From an uncultured Bacilli bacterium (GTDB lineage Bacteria; Bacillota_I; Bacilli_A; RF39; UBA660), in the NCBI GenBank assembly GCA_947628235.1, contig CANQZC010000006.1, positions 8,727 to 72,726 on the forward strand: 64,000 nt of DNA, in the 5' to 3' direction. Of this stretch, positions 29,682 through 39,937 are shown piece by piece. Made by a program: the position numbers and the translations under genes. Under the pieces are notes generated by a model. That model saw only the letters and a list, made by a program, of their open reading frames with translations, made no database searches and was not told the origin of the DNA. How positions within the stretch are numbered: the first letter of the stretch is position 1; each line of letters begins with the position of its first letter.

Positions 29682-31004
29682 TTAACCTTTTTTCCTTTTC
29701 ATAGCCTCAATATTTTTCATGACTTCTCTTACCTTTTTTTCACTACCACTATTGGTTGGATAATAATATTTATGATCTTTAATAGATTCCGGAAGACAAG
29801 TCATGTTTGTCACTTTATCATCAAAATCATGAGCATACTGATACCCTTCGCCATAACCTAATTCACTATCTAATTTTGTTACCGCATTTCTTAGATGCAG
29901 AGGAACTTTTTCTTGCGCTGTTTTTATAGCATCACTTTTGGCTTTCCCATAAGCGGTATAAAGCGCATTTGATTTAGGAGATATGCTTAAATAAACAACC
30001 GCCTGAGCAAGATTGACATTACATTCTGGCATTCCATTAAAATGCGCTGCTTGATAGGCTGCTACTGCTTGTGTCAAAGCATTGGTATTAGCAAGTCCAA
30101 TATCTTCCGAAGCAAAACGAACTAATCGGCGTGCCACATAGAGAGGATCTTCCCCTGCTTCTAACATTCTAGCTAGATAATATAGGGCCGCATCTGGATC
30201 ACTATTTCGCATTGATTTATGAAGAGCAGAAATTAAATTATAGTGTTCTTCTCCCTTTTTATCATAGAGAAAAGTTTTACTTTGAAGCGCTTTTTCTAAC
30301 GAAGTAGAAGTGATTTGTTTCTTTCCTTTTTTAGGTTTTTCTAGATTAATAACATTCTCTAATGTATTGAGCGCTGTTCTAGCATCCCCATTACTCATTC
30401 CCGCAATTTGATAAAGGATATCTTCTTCTACTTCGACTTTTTTATAATCTTCATTCTTTTCTAAAGCCCGTTTTAAAATACCAACAATTTCTTCTTCTGT
30501 TAAACTTCTTAAAACATAGACTTTCGTTCTAGAAAGCAAAGCGGAATTGACTTCAAAAGAAGGATTTTCGGTAGTAGCTCCAATTAAAATAATATTGCCA
30601 TTTTCAACAAACGGTAAAAAGGCATCTTGTTGAGCTTTATTAAAGCGATGAATTTCATCTACAAAAACAATCGTCTTTTTTCCTTGACTTTTATTATACT
30701 TAGAAATATCCATTAATTCTTTAATTTCTTTCACACCAGAAGTAACCGCACTTAATTCATGGAAAGAAGAATTCGTAGTTTTAGCAATGATTTTCGCTAA
30801 AGTCGTTTTCCCTACTCCTGGAGGACCCCAAAAAATCATAGAAGAAATCGTATCGGTTTCAATCATTTTTCGAATAGGAGAATTTTCTCCCACAATTTCT
30901 TCTTGTCCAAAAAAGTCATCTAAAGTAGCAGGACGCATTTTTTCTGCTAGAGGTTTAAAATCTATCGTTTCTTCTTCATCGAACAATGTTTTCATAGTAT
31001 CCAC
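29682..31004 (-). CDS. rarA: replication-associated recombination protein A (AAA+ ATPase RarA/MgsA)
   Basis: WGPPGVGKTTLA Walker A, VDEIHRFNK, overall RarA likeness. Confidence 0.9.
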   Translation of the reverse strand: MDTMKTLFDEEETIDFKPLAEKMRPATLDDFFGQEEIVGENSPIRKMIETDTISSMIFWGPPGVGKTTLAKIIAKTTNSSFHELSAVTSGVKEIKELMDISKYNKSQGKKTIVFVDEIHRFNKAQQDAFLPFVENGNIILIGATTENPSFEVNSALLSRTKVYVLRSLTEEEIVGILKRALEKNEDYKKVEVEEDILYQIAGMSNGDARTALNTLENVINLEKPKKGKKQITSTSLEKALQSKTFLYDKKGEEHYNLISALHKSMRNSDPDAALYYLARMLEAGEDPLYVARRLVRFASEDIGLANTNALTQAVAAYQAAHFNGMPECNVNLAQAVVYLSISPKSNALYTAYGKAKSDAIKTAQEKVPLHLRNAVTKLDSELGYGEGYQYAHDFDDKVTNMTCLPESIKDHKYYYPTNSGSEKKVREVMKNIEAMKRKKG

Positions 31005-31052
31005 TCCTATTTCTTATTATACTAAAAAATAAGTAAATAGGGAAATATTTAC

Positions 31053-31292
31053 TTATTTTCTAAAGAGAGAAAAGACTTTTTGCTTTCTCTTTTCTTTTTT
31101 TTCTTTTTGAAACAGTTCATTCATTCTTTTATCTACATGTTCCATGGTATATGGCTCTCCCGCTTTGATAAAAGTAGCATGACTTCCTGAACCAATCATG
31201 ACCCTAGTTCCTTTCTTCACTCTACAAAAGATACTTTCATCACCAGAAGTAATCATGACTCTTACGCCTTTTGGTCGTTTTAATTTCCACAT
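31053..31292 (-). CDS. small hypothetical protein (79 aa)
   Basis: ORF with ATG, lysine-rich tail; 4-nt gap to upstream nuclease gene. Confidence 0.35.
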   Translation of the reverse strand: MWKLKRPKGVRVMITSGDESIFCRVKKGTRVMIGSGSHATFIKAGEPYTMEHVDKRMNELFQKEKKEKRKQKVFSLFRK

Positions 31293-31296
31293 TTCT

Positions 31297-32001
31297 TTAT
31301 TCCTCCAACTTACTTTCTCCTGTTTGATAGTCGATTTCTACCCCTTTTTCAACATTGTAGACAAAGACATGGAATTTCACTCCTTTTCCATTATCCTCTA
31401 CCGAAAGAGCTTCCATCTCAACACCCTTTGCTACTAAGGCTCCCTCATCATAAATTGGCGTAACTCTGTATAAAACATGATTCTTTGTCTTCTTCACATA
31501 TTCGGCTACTTGATTTTCAAATGGTAACATCGCCTCGGTATTCATTGACCGTGTACAAGTAATTAAATTTTTTTCGTTCGCATTTTCTCCTGTCAACTGA
31601 TAGCCAATTAAATGACAACGGTTGTATAGATATTTTCCATCCACAAAATCATATTTGATGGTATGCCATCCACTCGGTTTAATACTACCAATACTTCCTC
31701 TTTCTGTAGTCGGCATCAAGTCAATTCCAATATTCGCATACGCGACTCCACATCGATTTAAATAATCTAATTTACTATATCTTTCAAAGGATTCTGTCAT
31801 CTTATCTTCCTCTTTAAAATTCGGTTCATTTTGATTTAAAGTAACATACGAATATCCTTGATACGGAGGAATCTCTAAGGTAGAATCATAATTAGGAACT
31901 CCATAAAAACGATATAAATAATATCCAAATAAAAGCAATAAAACCAAATAGAAAAAGGGAATTTTTTTTAGGTTTACTTTTCTTTTTCTTTTCCTTGCCA
32001 T
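31297..32001 (-). CDS. membrane-anchored DNA/RNA non-specific endonuclease (EndA/NucM-like)
   Basis: N-terminal TM anchor; NRCHLIGYQLTGENANEKNLITCTRSMN resembles the DRGH-type active-site region of competence nuclease EndA. Confidence 0.55.
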   Translation of the reverse strand: MARKRKRKVNLKKIPFFYLVLLLLFGYYLYRFYGVPNYDSTLEIPPYQGYSYVTLNQNEPNFKEEDKMTESFERYSKLDYLNRCGVAYANIGIDLMPTTERGSIGSIKPSGWHTIKYDFVDGKYLYNRCHLIGYQLTGENANEKNLITCTRSMNTEAMLPFENQVAEYVKKTKNHVLYRVTPIYDEGALVAKGVEMEALSVEDNGKGVKFHVFVYNVEKGVEIDYQTGESKLEE

Positions 32002-32038
32002 ATCATCACTACCTACTATTATTATATCATAAAGGATT

Positions 32039-33214
32039 TTATTCTTCTAAAATTCCGTATGTATATTTACAAGCAAGAATTCTTAAAACCGATTCATCTA
32101 ATCGTTCTAGAGGAATGGTACCATCTTTTACTGCTTTTAAAAGTTCTTGATAATGTTTCTTTAAACTAGAAGTAATTAGTAAGTCATTTCCTGCTAAAAA
32201 GGCTTGAACAGCTAAATCTTTCTTTGTATAACTAGAAAGAGCTTCCATCGCTAAATCATCGGTCATAATGATTCCTTTAAATTCTAAATCTTCTCTTAAA
32301 ATTTTATGAACGGAAGGAGAAATACTAGCTGGAAGTTTTTTATCCATACTCTCAATAATATTATGATTTACTAAAATGGCTGGTCCCCCTGCTTCAATTC
32401 CTCTTTGAAAAGGTTGAAAATCTACCTTTAAAAATTCTTCGTAGGCTCGCTTATCTTTCGCAATTCCGGTATGGGTATCCACATTATCTCCATATCCTGG
32501 AAAATGTTTCATGACAGATATCATATTATCTTCTTTCATAGTTTGAATCAATGTTTCTGCATAAAGAGAAGTATCTTCTACACTAGCGCCTAATGTTCTT
32601 GGATAGATATAACTTCCTTTCGAAGCAATATCTAAAACGGGCGCTAAATTCATATTGATACCAAGGCGACTTAATAGAGCTGATTTTTCATGAGAATCCG
32701 AAATAATCAGAGAAAGTCCACCTTTTTGATAAAGGCTTTGAGGAGATGCGAATGGTTCTTTTCGAAAAGTAGAATACTTGCTTACGCGAACGACACTTCC
32801 TCCTTCTTCATCAACTCCAAGGAAAAGTGGTATGGTACTTTCCATTTGAAGATTTTGAATTTCTTTTTGGACATTAGCAATTGATTTTCCTTTAAAATCT
32901 TTCGCAAACCAAATATATCCACCAGGATGATAAGTAGAAACCTCAAGCGTAGAATTCTTTCCAGAATATCTAGCATATAAAACTTGTCCTACTTTTTCTT
33001 CTAAAGTCATTTCAGAAAGTTTTATTTTCGCTCTTTCATATCCCTCTAAGAAAGGATCTATCATGGTTTCCTCTTCGATTGGTTCTTCTACCTCTTCCTG
33101 TTTACTATTTTCTTCCTTCACTGGAGAATCCGCTAGTATTTCCTTTTTGCCACATCCACAAAGAAACAAAAGAAAAAGGAAAAGAAAAAGATATGTCTTT
33201 TTTACTTCTACCAT
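32039..33214 (-). CDS. nagZ: glycoside hydrolase family 3 beta-N-acetylhexosaminidase lipoprotein (NagZ-like)
   Basis: Lipobox LFLCGCG; GH3 N-terminal motif KHFPGYGDNVDTHTG; start at ATG 33212-33214 with GGAAGGTG RBS. Confidence 0.8.
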   Translation of the reverse strand: MVEVKKTYLFLFLFLLFLCGCGKKEILADSPVKEENSKQEEVEEPIEEETMIDPFLEGYERAKIKLSEMTLEEKVGQVLYARYSGKNSTLEVSTYHPGGYIWFAKDFKGKSIANVQKEIQNLQMESTIPLFLGVDEEGGSVVRVSKYSTFRKEPFASPQSLYQKGGLSLIISDSHEKSALLSRLGINMNLAPVLDIASKGSYIYPRTLGASVEDTSLYAETLIQTMKEDNMISVMKHFPGYGDNVDTHTGIAKDKRAYEEFLKVDFQPFQRGIEAGGPAILVNHNIIESMDKKLPASISPSVHKILREDLEFKGIIMTDDLAMEALSSYTKKDLAVQAFLAGNDLLITSSLKKHYQELLKAVKDGTIPLERLDESVLRILACKYTYGILEE

Positions 33215-33265
33215 GTTTACTACACCTTCCTTATCATTATAACACAAAAAAAGAAAGGAGACTTT

Positions 33266-34477
33266 CTACATTGTAAAATATTTGATTTCAAAAGTCGTTC
33301 CCTTCTCACTAGAGCTTACCAAAATTTTTCCATTTTCCTCTTCGATAATTCTTTTGGATAAAGCAAGTCCAATTCCCACACTATCTGCATTCGCGTTTTC
33401 GCCTCGATAAAACCTTTCAAAGATATGTGGTAAATCTTTTTTCGAAATTCCCTTTCCAAAGTCTTCTATCGTTACTTTCGTATAGGCATGGTTTTGAGCA
33501 TAGGTAATTTTTACCGTACCACCTTCTAAAGAATGGTCAATCGCATTCTTTAAGATATTGGTAATCGCTTCTTTTTGCCAGTGTCGATCACAAGAAAGAG
33601 TAATTTCTTTTGGTCCTTCTATCAAAACTTTAATATTCTTTAAATCACAAAGTGTAGATACATTTTTTAAAGTATCTTCTAATAGACTTCGCAGAGAAAC
33701 TTTTTCTTTTTGAAAAGATATCGTATTCACATCAAATCGAGATAACTTTAAAATATTTTGAATAAAGAAATGAATATTAGAAATTTCTCTTTTAATATCG
33801 TGAATAAAGTCTTCTCTCGTTTCTAAATCCATCGTAGGATCATCTATCATATTATCTAAAATAACTAAAATAGAGGTAAGTGGTGTTTTTAACTGATGAG
33901 AAATATCCTCCAAAGATTTTTTTAACTCTTTCTTATCTTTCAAAGAGTTTTCAGCACTCTCTTTTAGCATCACGGTTGTTTTATAAACTTCCGTTTTTAA
34001 AATGGAAAGTTCATCTTCCGAAATTTCTTGAATATGTAAGGAATAATTTTTTCGATTGATTTCTTCGATATATTTGGTAATCTCTTCAATTTCTTTATCT
34101 TTTTGATGGTTATAGCGTAAAAAAAGGAATGCCAAGAAGAAGGTGAATAAGAAGAAAAGAATTCCATCTACGAGAAAGAAAAAATCATACTTTTTCTCGC
34201 TCTCTAGAAATAGTTCCTCTTTCGATAAATTAATTCCATACATCTCAAAAAAGGAATCACTCTTTCCTTCCTCATTTAAAATTTGAATGAGTTCTCTATC
34301 CGTTACTTCTGGATAATGTTTTTTTATCTGAAACAGGATTTGGGAAAATTTTTCATTATAAGTCTTGATATAGTGCCGATACTCAAAATAATGAAGAAAG
34401 GAAAATAGGAAGAAGAAAAGAAGAAAAAGAAGGAAACTTAAGATAAGACACTTTTTTAATTTTTCTTTATTCTTCAT
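33266..34477 (-). CDS. sensor histidine kinase (Bce-module-associated)
   Basis: Two TM helices, H-box SHQLKTPLTSILVILDNM, ATPase G-boxes (GIGLALSKRIIEEENG). Confidence 0.85.
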   Translation of the reverse strand: MKNKEKLKKCLILSFLLFLLFFFLFSFLHYFEYRHYIKTYNEKFSQILFQIKKHYPEVTDRELIQILNEEGKSDSFFEMYGINLSKEELFLESEKKYDFFFLVDGILFFLFTFFLAFLFLRYNHQKDKEIEEITKYIEEINRKNYSLHIQEISEDELSILKTEVYKTTVMLKESAENSLKDKKELKKSLEDISHQLKTPLTSILVILDNMIDDPTMDLETREDFIHDIKREISNIHFFIQNILKLSRFDVNTISFQKEKVSLRSLLEDTLKNVSTLCDLKNIKVLIEGPKEITLSCDRHWQKEAITNILKNAIDHSLEGGTVKITYAQNHAYTKVTIEDFGKGISKKDLPHIFERFYRGENANADSVGIGLALSKRIIEEENGKILVSSSEKGTTFEIKYFTM

Positions 34478-35123
34478 CGATACGATACCCTATTCCTTTC
34501 AATGTCGTAATAATATCTGTTCCTAGCTTTGCACGAATTCTTTTAAAATAAACCGTTACCGTATGATCATCCACATCATTTCCTGTCCATTCCCAAATTT
34601 TATCTAAAATCGTTGTTCTTCTTACTACTTTATTGCGATTTAAAAATAATAGATGTAATAACTTTAGTTCTAAAGAAGTCAATTCAATACGATTTTCTCC
34701 TTTATAAACAATCATTTTATCCATATCAAAAGAGATATCTTGAATGCGAACGATACTTTTCTTCTCATGACGAAGACCAATCTTATGAACACGAGCTAAT
34801 AATTCTTTGGTACTAAATGGTTTGGTAAGATAATCTTCTGCTCCCATATTGAGTCCTTTTACAATATCGTCTTCTTCCTCTTTCGCCGTTAAGAAAATCG
34901 TCGGAAGTTTTCTTTCTAAAAGAACTTCTTTCAAAAAAGTAAAGCCATCGCCATCTGGAAGAGTCACATCCAGAATAACAACATCTATAGAATGATTCTT
35001 CTCTAAGAAAGACATTGCTTCTTCTAACTTTCCAGCATAGAAAAACTCATCTCCACTTTTTGAAAATGCATAATGAAGCCCTTTTACTATCGTCAAATTG
35101 TCTTCTATTAACAATACTTTCAT
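34467..35123 (-). CDS. OmpR-family response regulator
   Basis: Receiver (VILDVTLPDGDGF) plus winged helix (GIGYRI). Confidence 0.9.
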   Translation of the reverse strand: MKVLLIEDNLTIVKGLHYAFSKSGDEFFYAGKLEEAMSFLEKNHSIDVVILDVTLPDGDGFTFLKEVLLERKLPTIFLTAKEEEDDIVKGLNMGAEDYLTKPFSTKELLARVHKIGLRHEKKSIVRIQDISFDMDKMIVYKGENRIELTSLELKLLHLLFLNRNKVVRRTTILDKIWEWTGNDVDDHTVTVYFKRIRAKLGTDIITTLKGIGYRIDEE

Positions 35124-35168
35124 TCGTTTCTCCTTTTCTTCATTATACCATAAAAAGGCTTTTCGCCT

Positions 35169-37832
35169 TTATATGTTTTCATTACGAATTGTCTCTATCG
35201 TATTTTGTTTTTGAATCTTCTTCATAGAATAACGCATCAATGCCGCAATTAATAAGAAGACTGCTACTATGGAAATCAAAATTGCTTGAACCGGTAAATG
35301 ATAAGCATATTCCGTATTTCCAATAGCTCTATAAATGAGATAAGAAAGTCCAACACCGATTGGAATTCCTACGAAAAGAGCCTTACAGCCAATAAAGATC
35401 GTTTCTAGATGAATCATGTGGCTAAACTCTTTTTTTGTCATTCCAATAGATTTTAACATGGCAAACTCTTGTTTTCGAAGTTCCATATTCGTCGTAATGG
35501 TATTAAAAATATTGGTAATTCCAATAAGAGAAATAACAATAATAAATCCATAGAGGAAGATACCAATTAAAGTAAATAAATTTCTCATGATACGAACATT
35601 TTCTTCTTGATTATCTACTGAAAAGTTCTCAATATCTTCAAAATAAACTTCTAGTTCATCTTGTAATCTATTAGCGTCTTTCGAATCGATATAGACAACA
35701 ACATGATGAAGTAAATCTAGTTCTTTCATATATTCATCACTGACAATAAGATATGGACTATGATTTCCATTTACATTTTCTTTCATTGAAAAAGGAACTT
35801 CTTCACTAACGGCCCCGATTTCAATAGAATTCTCTTTTTCATCCAAGAACACAGAAATTTTATCTCCTGCTTGATAGTCAAAAACCCGCATCCGATAACG
35901 AGTCTCTTTCGCACTTTCCTCATCATAAATAGAGAAAGTAGTCGTATCTAAAAGAATTGCTTTTTGCTTCATTTGCTTAGGATCTAGTCCTAATTTTTTT
36001 AAATATTTCTCATATTGATATTCTCCTAAAGAAGCAATCCATACTTGTCTTCGATTTCTTTCATCCTCTTCGATTTGTAGAATTTTTTGATACTCTGGAT
36101 TGTACTTTGGTTTTTTCGCCTCGGCATAATAAGAACTGGTAATCGCATAATCCTTAATATTTGAAAAATCTCCTACCGCTTCTACTTTGGCATAAGTCTC
36201 TTCATCAATAGACGCTACGGCAAAAGAAATATTATAGTCAGACAAAGAGATTTCTTGTTCAAGTTCTTGAAACGCTAATGACATAAAAGAAGAAAGAGCG
36301 ATAAAAGTAAAGACGGAAACGACAATAGAAATGACTGTCGTTCGATATTTCTTTTTATTTCGCTTTTGATTTTTAAAAGAAATAACGCCACCAACACCAA
36401 AACACTTCTTTATGAGTTTTGGGGTATGTAATTTTTTAGATTTTAATTCAATATTCGCACTATTTCGAATCGAATCGATAGGAGAAATTCGAGAGGCTCT
36501 TCTAGCGCTTCGAAAGGCTGAAAAATAAATGGTAATAATTCCAAGAAGAACCGCTACAATAAGCGCTACCCAAGAAAAACGAAAGAGAAGAAAGTTTTCA
36601 TAGGTAACCATATCTTGTAAAAAATAATTACTAATAAAAACTAAGATATAGGAAGCTAAAACACCAGAGAGTAATCCTAAAGGAATACCAATAAGTCCTA
36701 GAATCGTTGCTTCATAAAAAACATTTTTCTTAATTTGTTTTTTCGTAGCCCCGATACTTCTTAACATTCCATACTGTTTTGTCTTTTCGGTTATCGAGAT
36801 ATCGAAACTATTTTTAATACAGAAGACAGAAGTAAAAACAATAATTCCAAGAACAATCACAACAACTGTTCCTAAACCACCTATCGCACTATTTTGAAAA
36901 GGATTTGTCTCTAGAAAAACAAGATAGCTATTATCCATGTAACGGTACTTTGCCTTTTGTAATTCTAAATAAATTCTATTCGTATCTTCCTCGTTTAAGA
37001 AATCAGCCGTAAGGTATTGTTGAAATAGATCGGCATCAATTCCTAAAATACCCGCCGTTACTTTAAAGTAATCTTTTACCCCTTCTTTCGTATACCTAGC
37101 ATAGATATCTACTTTTCCTTCTAATTTCGTATCATCTAAAAGAGTAACTAAAGTATATCCTGGAGCAGAATAATCTTCTATGTTGTTAGCCGGTCTTTCT
37201 ATTACTCCTACAATTTTATAAGTTTTCGTAGTGGTATTTTGAATCGTTTCTTCTCGCTCAGAAGAACTTTCATCACTAGGAAGAAACCTATCTGCTTGCG
37301 TTAAAACCGTACCATCCGCAGCCACTCTTGTTCCTACCTCTAAAGTAAGAGTATCCCCTACTTTATATTTCACTCTTCCATTTGTCTCTAAATGACTAGG
37401 GATGACAACTTCCTCTTCCCTTTGTGGAAGTCTTCCTTCTATTAATTTTAAAGAAAGATTTTCTATTGCCTCTTTCGTAAAGGCTTTAATATAAAGATAT
37501 GGTTTATATTCATTTTGAGATTCTTTTAAAGAAGCATATCCTATTCCTTGCGTCAAATAAAGACTTTCTAACTTCCGATTGTTTTTAAAATCTTCTAAGT
37601 TCTCTACTGGAATATCATAAAAAGCGGTATGAAAGTTTCCTTTCTGTGTCGTTTCAAAGGTAATTAAAGACGCAATCGTACTAGCATACATCGTAGAAAC
37701 GGCTGCTAATAACGCCACAGACAAGAGAATTCCAATGATGGTAACAACCGTTCTTTTCTTATTTAATTTTAAATTTTTAATCGTCAATTTATTTAGTAAG
37801 TTCATATTATGCCTCCTGAACGATTTTTCCAT
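35169..37832 (-). CDS. ABC transporter permease, FtsX/MacB-like with large extracellular domain
   Basis: 887 aa; FtsX-type TM bundles at both ends; 26-nt overlap with the ATPase gene. Confidence 0.8.
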   Translation of the reverse strand: MEKSFRRHNMNLLNKLTIKNLKLNKKRTVVTIIGILLSVALLAAVSTMYASTIASLITFETTQKGNFHTAFYDIPVENLEDFKNNRKLESLYLTQGIGYASLKESQNEYKPYLYIKAFTKEAIENLSLKLIEGRLPQREEEVVIPSHLETNGRVKYKVGDTLTLEVGTRVAADGTVLTQADRFLPSDESSSEREETIQNTTTKTYKIVGVIERPANNIEDYSAPGYTLVTLLDDTKLEGKVDIYARYTKEGVKDYFKVTAGILGIDADLFQQYLTADFLNEEDTNRIYLELQKAKYRYMDNSYLVFLETNPFQNSAIGGLGTVVVIVLGIIVFTSVFCIKNSFDISITEKTKQYGMLRSIGATKKQIKKNVFYEATILGLIGIPLGLLSGVLASYILVFISNYFLQDMVTYENFLLFRFSWVALIVAVLLGIITIYFSAFRSARRASRISPIDSIRNSANIELKSKKLHTPKLIKKCFGVGGVISFKNQKRNKKKYRTTVISIVVSVFTFIALSSFMSLAFQELEQEISLSDYNISFAVASIDEETYAKVEAVGDFSNIKDYAITSSYYAEAKKPKYNPEYQKILQIEEDERNRRQVWIASLGEYQYEKYLKKLGLDPKQMKQKAILLDTTTFSIYDEESAKETRYRMRVFDYQAGDKISVFLDEKENSIEIGAVSEEVPFSMKENVNGNHSPYLIVSDEYMKELDLLHHVVVYIDSKDANRLQDELEVYFEDIENFSVDNQEENVRIMRNLFTLIGIFLYGFIIVISLIGITNIFNTITTNMELRKQEFAMLKSIGMTKKEFSHMIHLETIFIGCKALFVGIPIGVGLSYLIYRAIGNTEYAYHLPVQAILISIVAVFLLIAALMRYSMKKIQKQNTIETIRNENI

Positions 37833-38478
37833 CTTCCAGTTTGATAATACGATCTGCTATCTTTGCAATCTCCATATTATGAGTAATCATAATAATGGTC
37901 TGTTTCAATTCTTTATTTGATTTTTGAAGAAGAGAAACAATTTCATCACTTGCTTTAGAATCGAGGTTACCGGTTGGTTCATCGGCTAGAATAATCGTTG
38001 GATTCGTAATGAGTGCTCGACCGATACTAGTTCGTTGTTGTTGTCCTCCCGATAATTCATTTGGTAAATGATTTTTTCTTTCATCTAGTCCTAATAGTTT
38101 TAACATTTCTTCTAATTTTTCTTTATCTACTTCCCGATTGTCTAAAGAAAGCGGTAAGGTAATGTTTTCTTCTACATTTAAAATAGGAATTAAATTATAA
38201 AATTGATAGATAAGTCCTACTTGTCGTCTTCGAAAGATTGCTAATTTGTCATCATCAAAACAAAAGATATCTTTTCCGTCAATCCATACTTTCCCACTCG
38301 TTGGCCGGTCCACTCCTCCAATTAGATGAAGTAGCGTGCTTTTTCCAGAACCGGATGCTCCTACAATAGCAACAAACTCCCCTTTTTCAACAGAAAAAGA
38401 AACATGGTCTAAGGCAACTACTTTGGTAGAACCTTTTCCATAAACTTTGGTTAAATTTTCTACTTTTAAAATTTCCAT
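37807..38478 (-). CDS. ABC transporter ATP-binding protein (MacB/BceA-like)
   Basis: Walker A GASGSGKST, signature LSGGQQQR, Walker B ILADEPTGNLD. Confidence 0.9.
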   Translation of the reverse strand: MEILKVENLTKVYGKGSTKVVALDHVSFSVEKGEFVAIVGASGSGKSTLLHLIGGVDRPTSGKVWIDGKDIFCFDDDKLAIFRRRQVGLIYQFYNLIPILNVEENITLPLSLDNREVDKEKLEEMLKLLGLDERKNHLPNELSGGQQQRTSIGRALITNPTIILADEPTGNLDSKASDEIVSLLQKSNKELKQTIIMITHNMEIAKIADRIIKLEDGKIVQEA

Positions 38479-38565
38479 TTTTTTCTCCTTTCTGATTTCA
38501 TTATAATGGAAGGAAAGTTACAACTAAGTTACGATATAAAAAAAGAAGAAATATCTCTTCTTTTC

Positions 38566-39201
38566 TCAAAACTGGACATAATGGAATCCTATCTTTTTAT
38601 AGATGTCAGATGCTCTTGGAAGAGAAAGTACTCTAGCGATTGCTAAATTGTAAACTTCATCGATTAGGAAAATAGAACAAAGAAGAAAAGAAATTGTTAA
38701 AAAAGTTTTCTTCTTTAATTTTCGCGCAAGTAGAAAGCAAAGAGGAACAATTCCATAGATAAGAAGTAAACTAGAGACACCAAAGAAAAGGACACTACGA
38801 AGGCAAACAAATCCTTGAATATTTCCAAAATTTAAGATTTCGGTATTATAGTCCCAACACCGAAATCCATCTCCTATCACATACATTCCTAATCCTGAAA
38901 AATATTCTAATACACCAGTAAAAATACTACTGAAGAGAAATACTTTCCAAGGCTTTTGACGGAGACGATAAGTTAGAAAATAAATTCCTATCGAACCTAT
39001 CGCATAGATATTAATCCAAGGAAGAAAATTTCCTCCACGGTAGTACCATACTTTCATTCCACCATTAAAGTAATAGAAAATAAATTCATAGAGAAAACCA
39101 AAGATGCCTGATATCACGATGATGAGAGCAAAAATGCCTAACATCGTCATTTTGTCAAAAGAATGGTTTTCATGAATATATTTGTGATACATCTCTTTCA
39201 T
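38566..39201 (-). CDS. hypothetical polytopic membrane protein
   Basis: 211 aa, 5-6 TM helices. Confidence 0.45.
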   Translation of the reverse strand: MKEMYHKYIHENHSFDKMTMLGIFALIIVISGIFGFLYEFIFYYFNGGMKVWYYRGGNFLPWINIYAIGSIGIYFLTYRLRQKPWKVFLFSSIFTGVLEYFSGLGMYVIGDGFRCWDYNTEILNFGNIQGFVCLRSVLFFGVSSLLLIYGIVPLCFLLARKLKKKTFLTISFLLCSIFLIDEVYNLAIARVLSLPRASDIYKKIGFHYVQF

Positions 39202-39213
39202 ATTGACTCCTTT

Positions 39214-39879
39214 TTATTCTTCTTTCGATAGATAATATTCTACTCTTTTTTTAAATTTTGAAAATAAATGTCTTTCAATAATCGTATGGGGACAATCTTT
39301 TCCAGAAAAATCATGATGCATTTTTAAAGCACTGATATCTAAGTGATAAGTCTTCAACAAATATGCTGCTAATCTAGCCCCATTCTCAAAAGTCTTATCG
39401 AAGTTTCCCCCTTCATTGACACAAAGTTCTATGCCGATGCCATGTTGATTTCCTTCTTGATCCCCTGCATGATGAGCAATTTCATCATCAGGAATATGAT
39501 GATAAATAGAGTGATCATCGACAGTATAGTGCCATGAAGTAGTTGTTTTATTATTGTAACTTAAATAATTCGCATGATTTTGAGCAGTCGCACTTTTCGC
39601 AAAATTATCAGTTTCATGAATGACTAGATATTTTATAATTCTTTTTTCTCCTACTCTTGCTTTTCCATCTACTTCAATCCACTGAGTATAGACTTTTGTC
39701 CCATATACATTCGAAGGTTCTACTCCTTCTTGATAAAGATATTCTGGGCTATCCCTACCTATTAAGCCTATTTTTTGATATATATAAGAAATATCACTAT
39801 TTAAAAATAGTAGTACTAAAAATAGAAGGAAGAGAATTCCCAAAGCAATTAATTTTTTATTTTTTACTTCTTCTTTCAT
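39214..39879 (-). CDS. N-acetylmuramoyl-L-alanine amidase (Amidase_2/PGRP family), membrane-anchored
   Basis: N-terminal TM; zinc ligand pattern (HHAGD...; C near C-terminus) typical of amidase_2. Confidence 0.7.
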   Translation of the reverse strand: MKEEVKNKKLIALGILFLLFLVLLFLNSDISYIYQKIGLIGRDSPEYLYQEGVEPSNVYGTKVYTQWIEVDGKARVGEKRIIKYLVIHETDNFAKSATAQNHANYLSYNNKTTTSWHYTVDDHSIYHHIPDDEIAHHAGDQEGNQHGIGIELCVNEGGNFDKTFENGARLAAYLLKTYHLDISALKMHHDFSGKDCPHTIIERHLFSKFKKRVEYYLSKEE

Positions 39880-39937
39880 ATAACTTCTTTTTTATTATAC
39901 CAAAGAGAACATAAAAGCGCAAAAAGAAAGTGCATAA

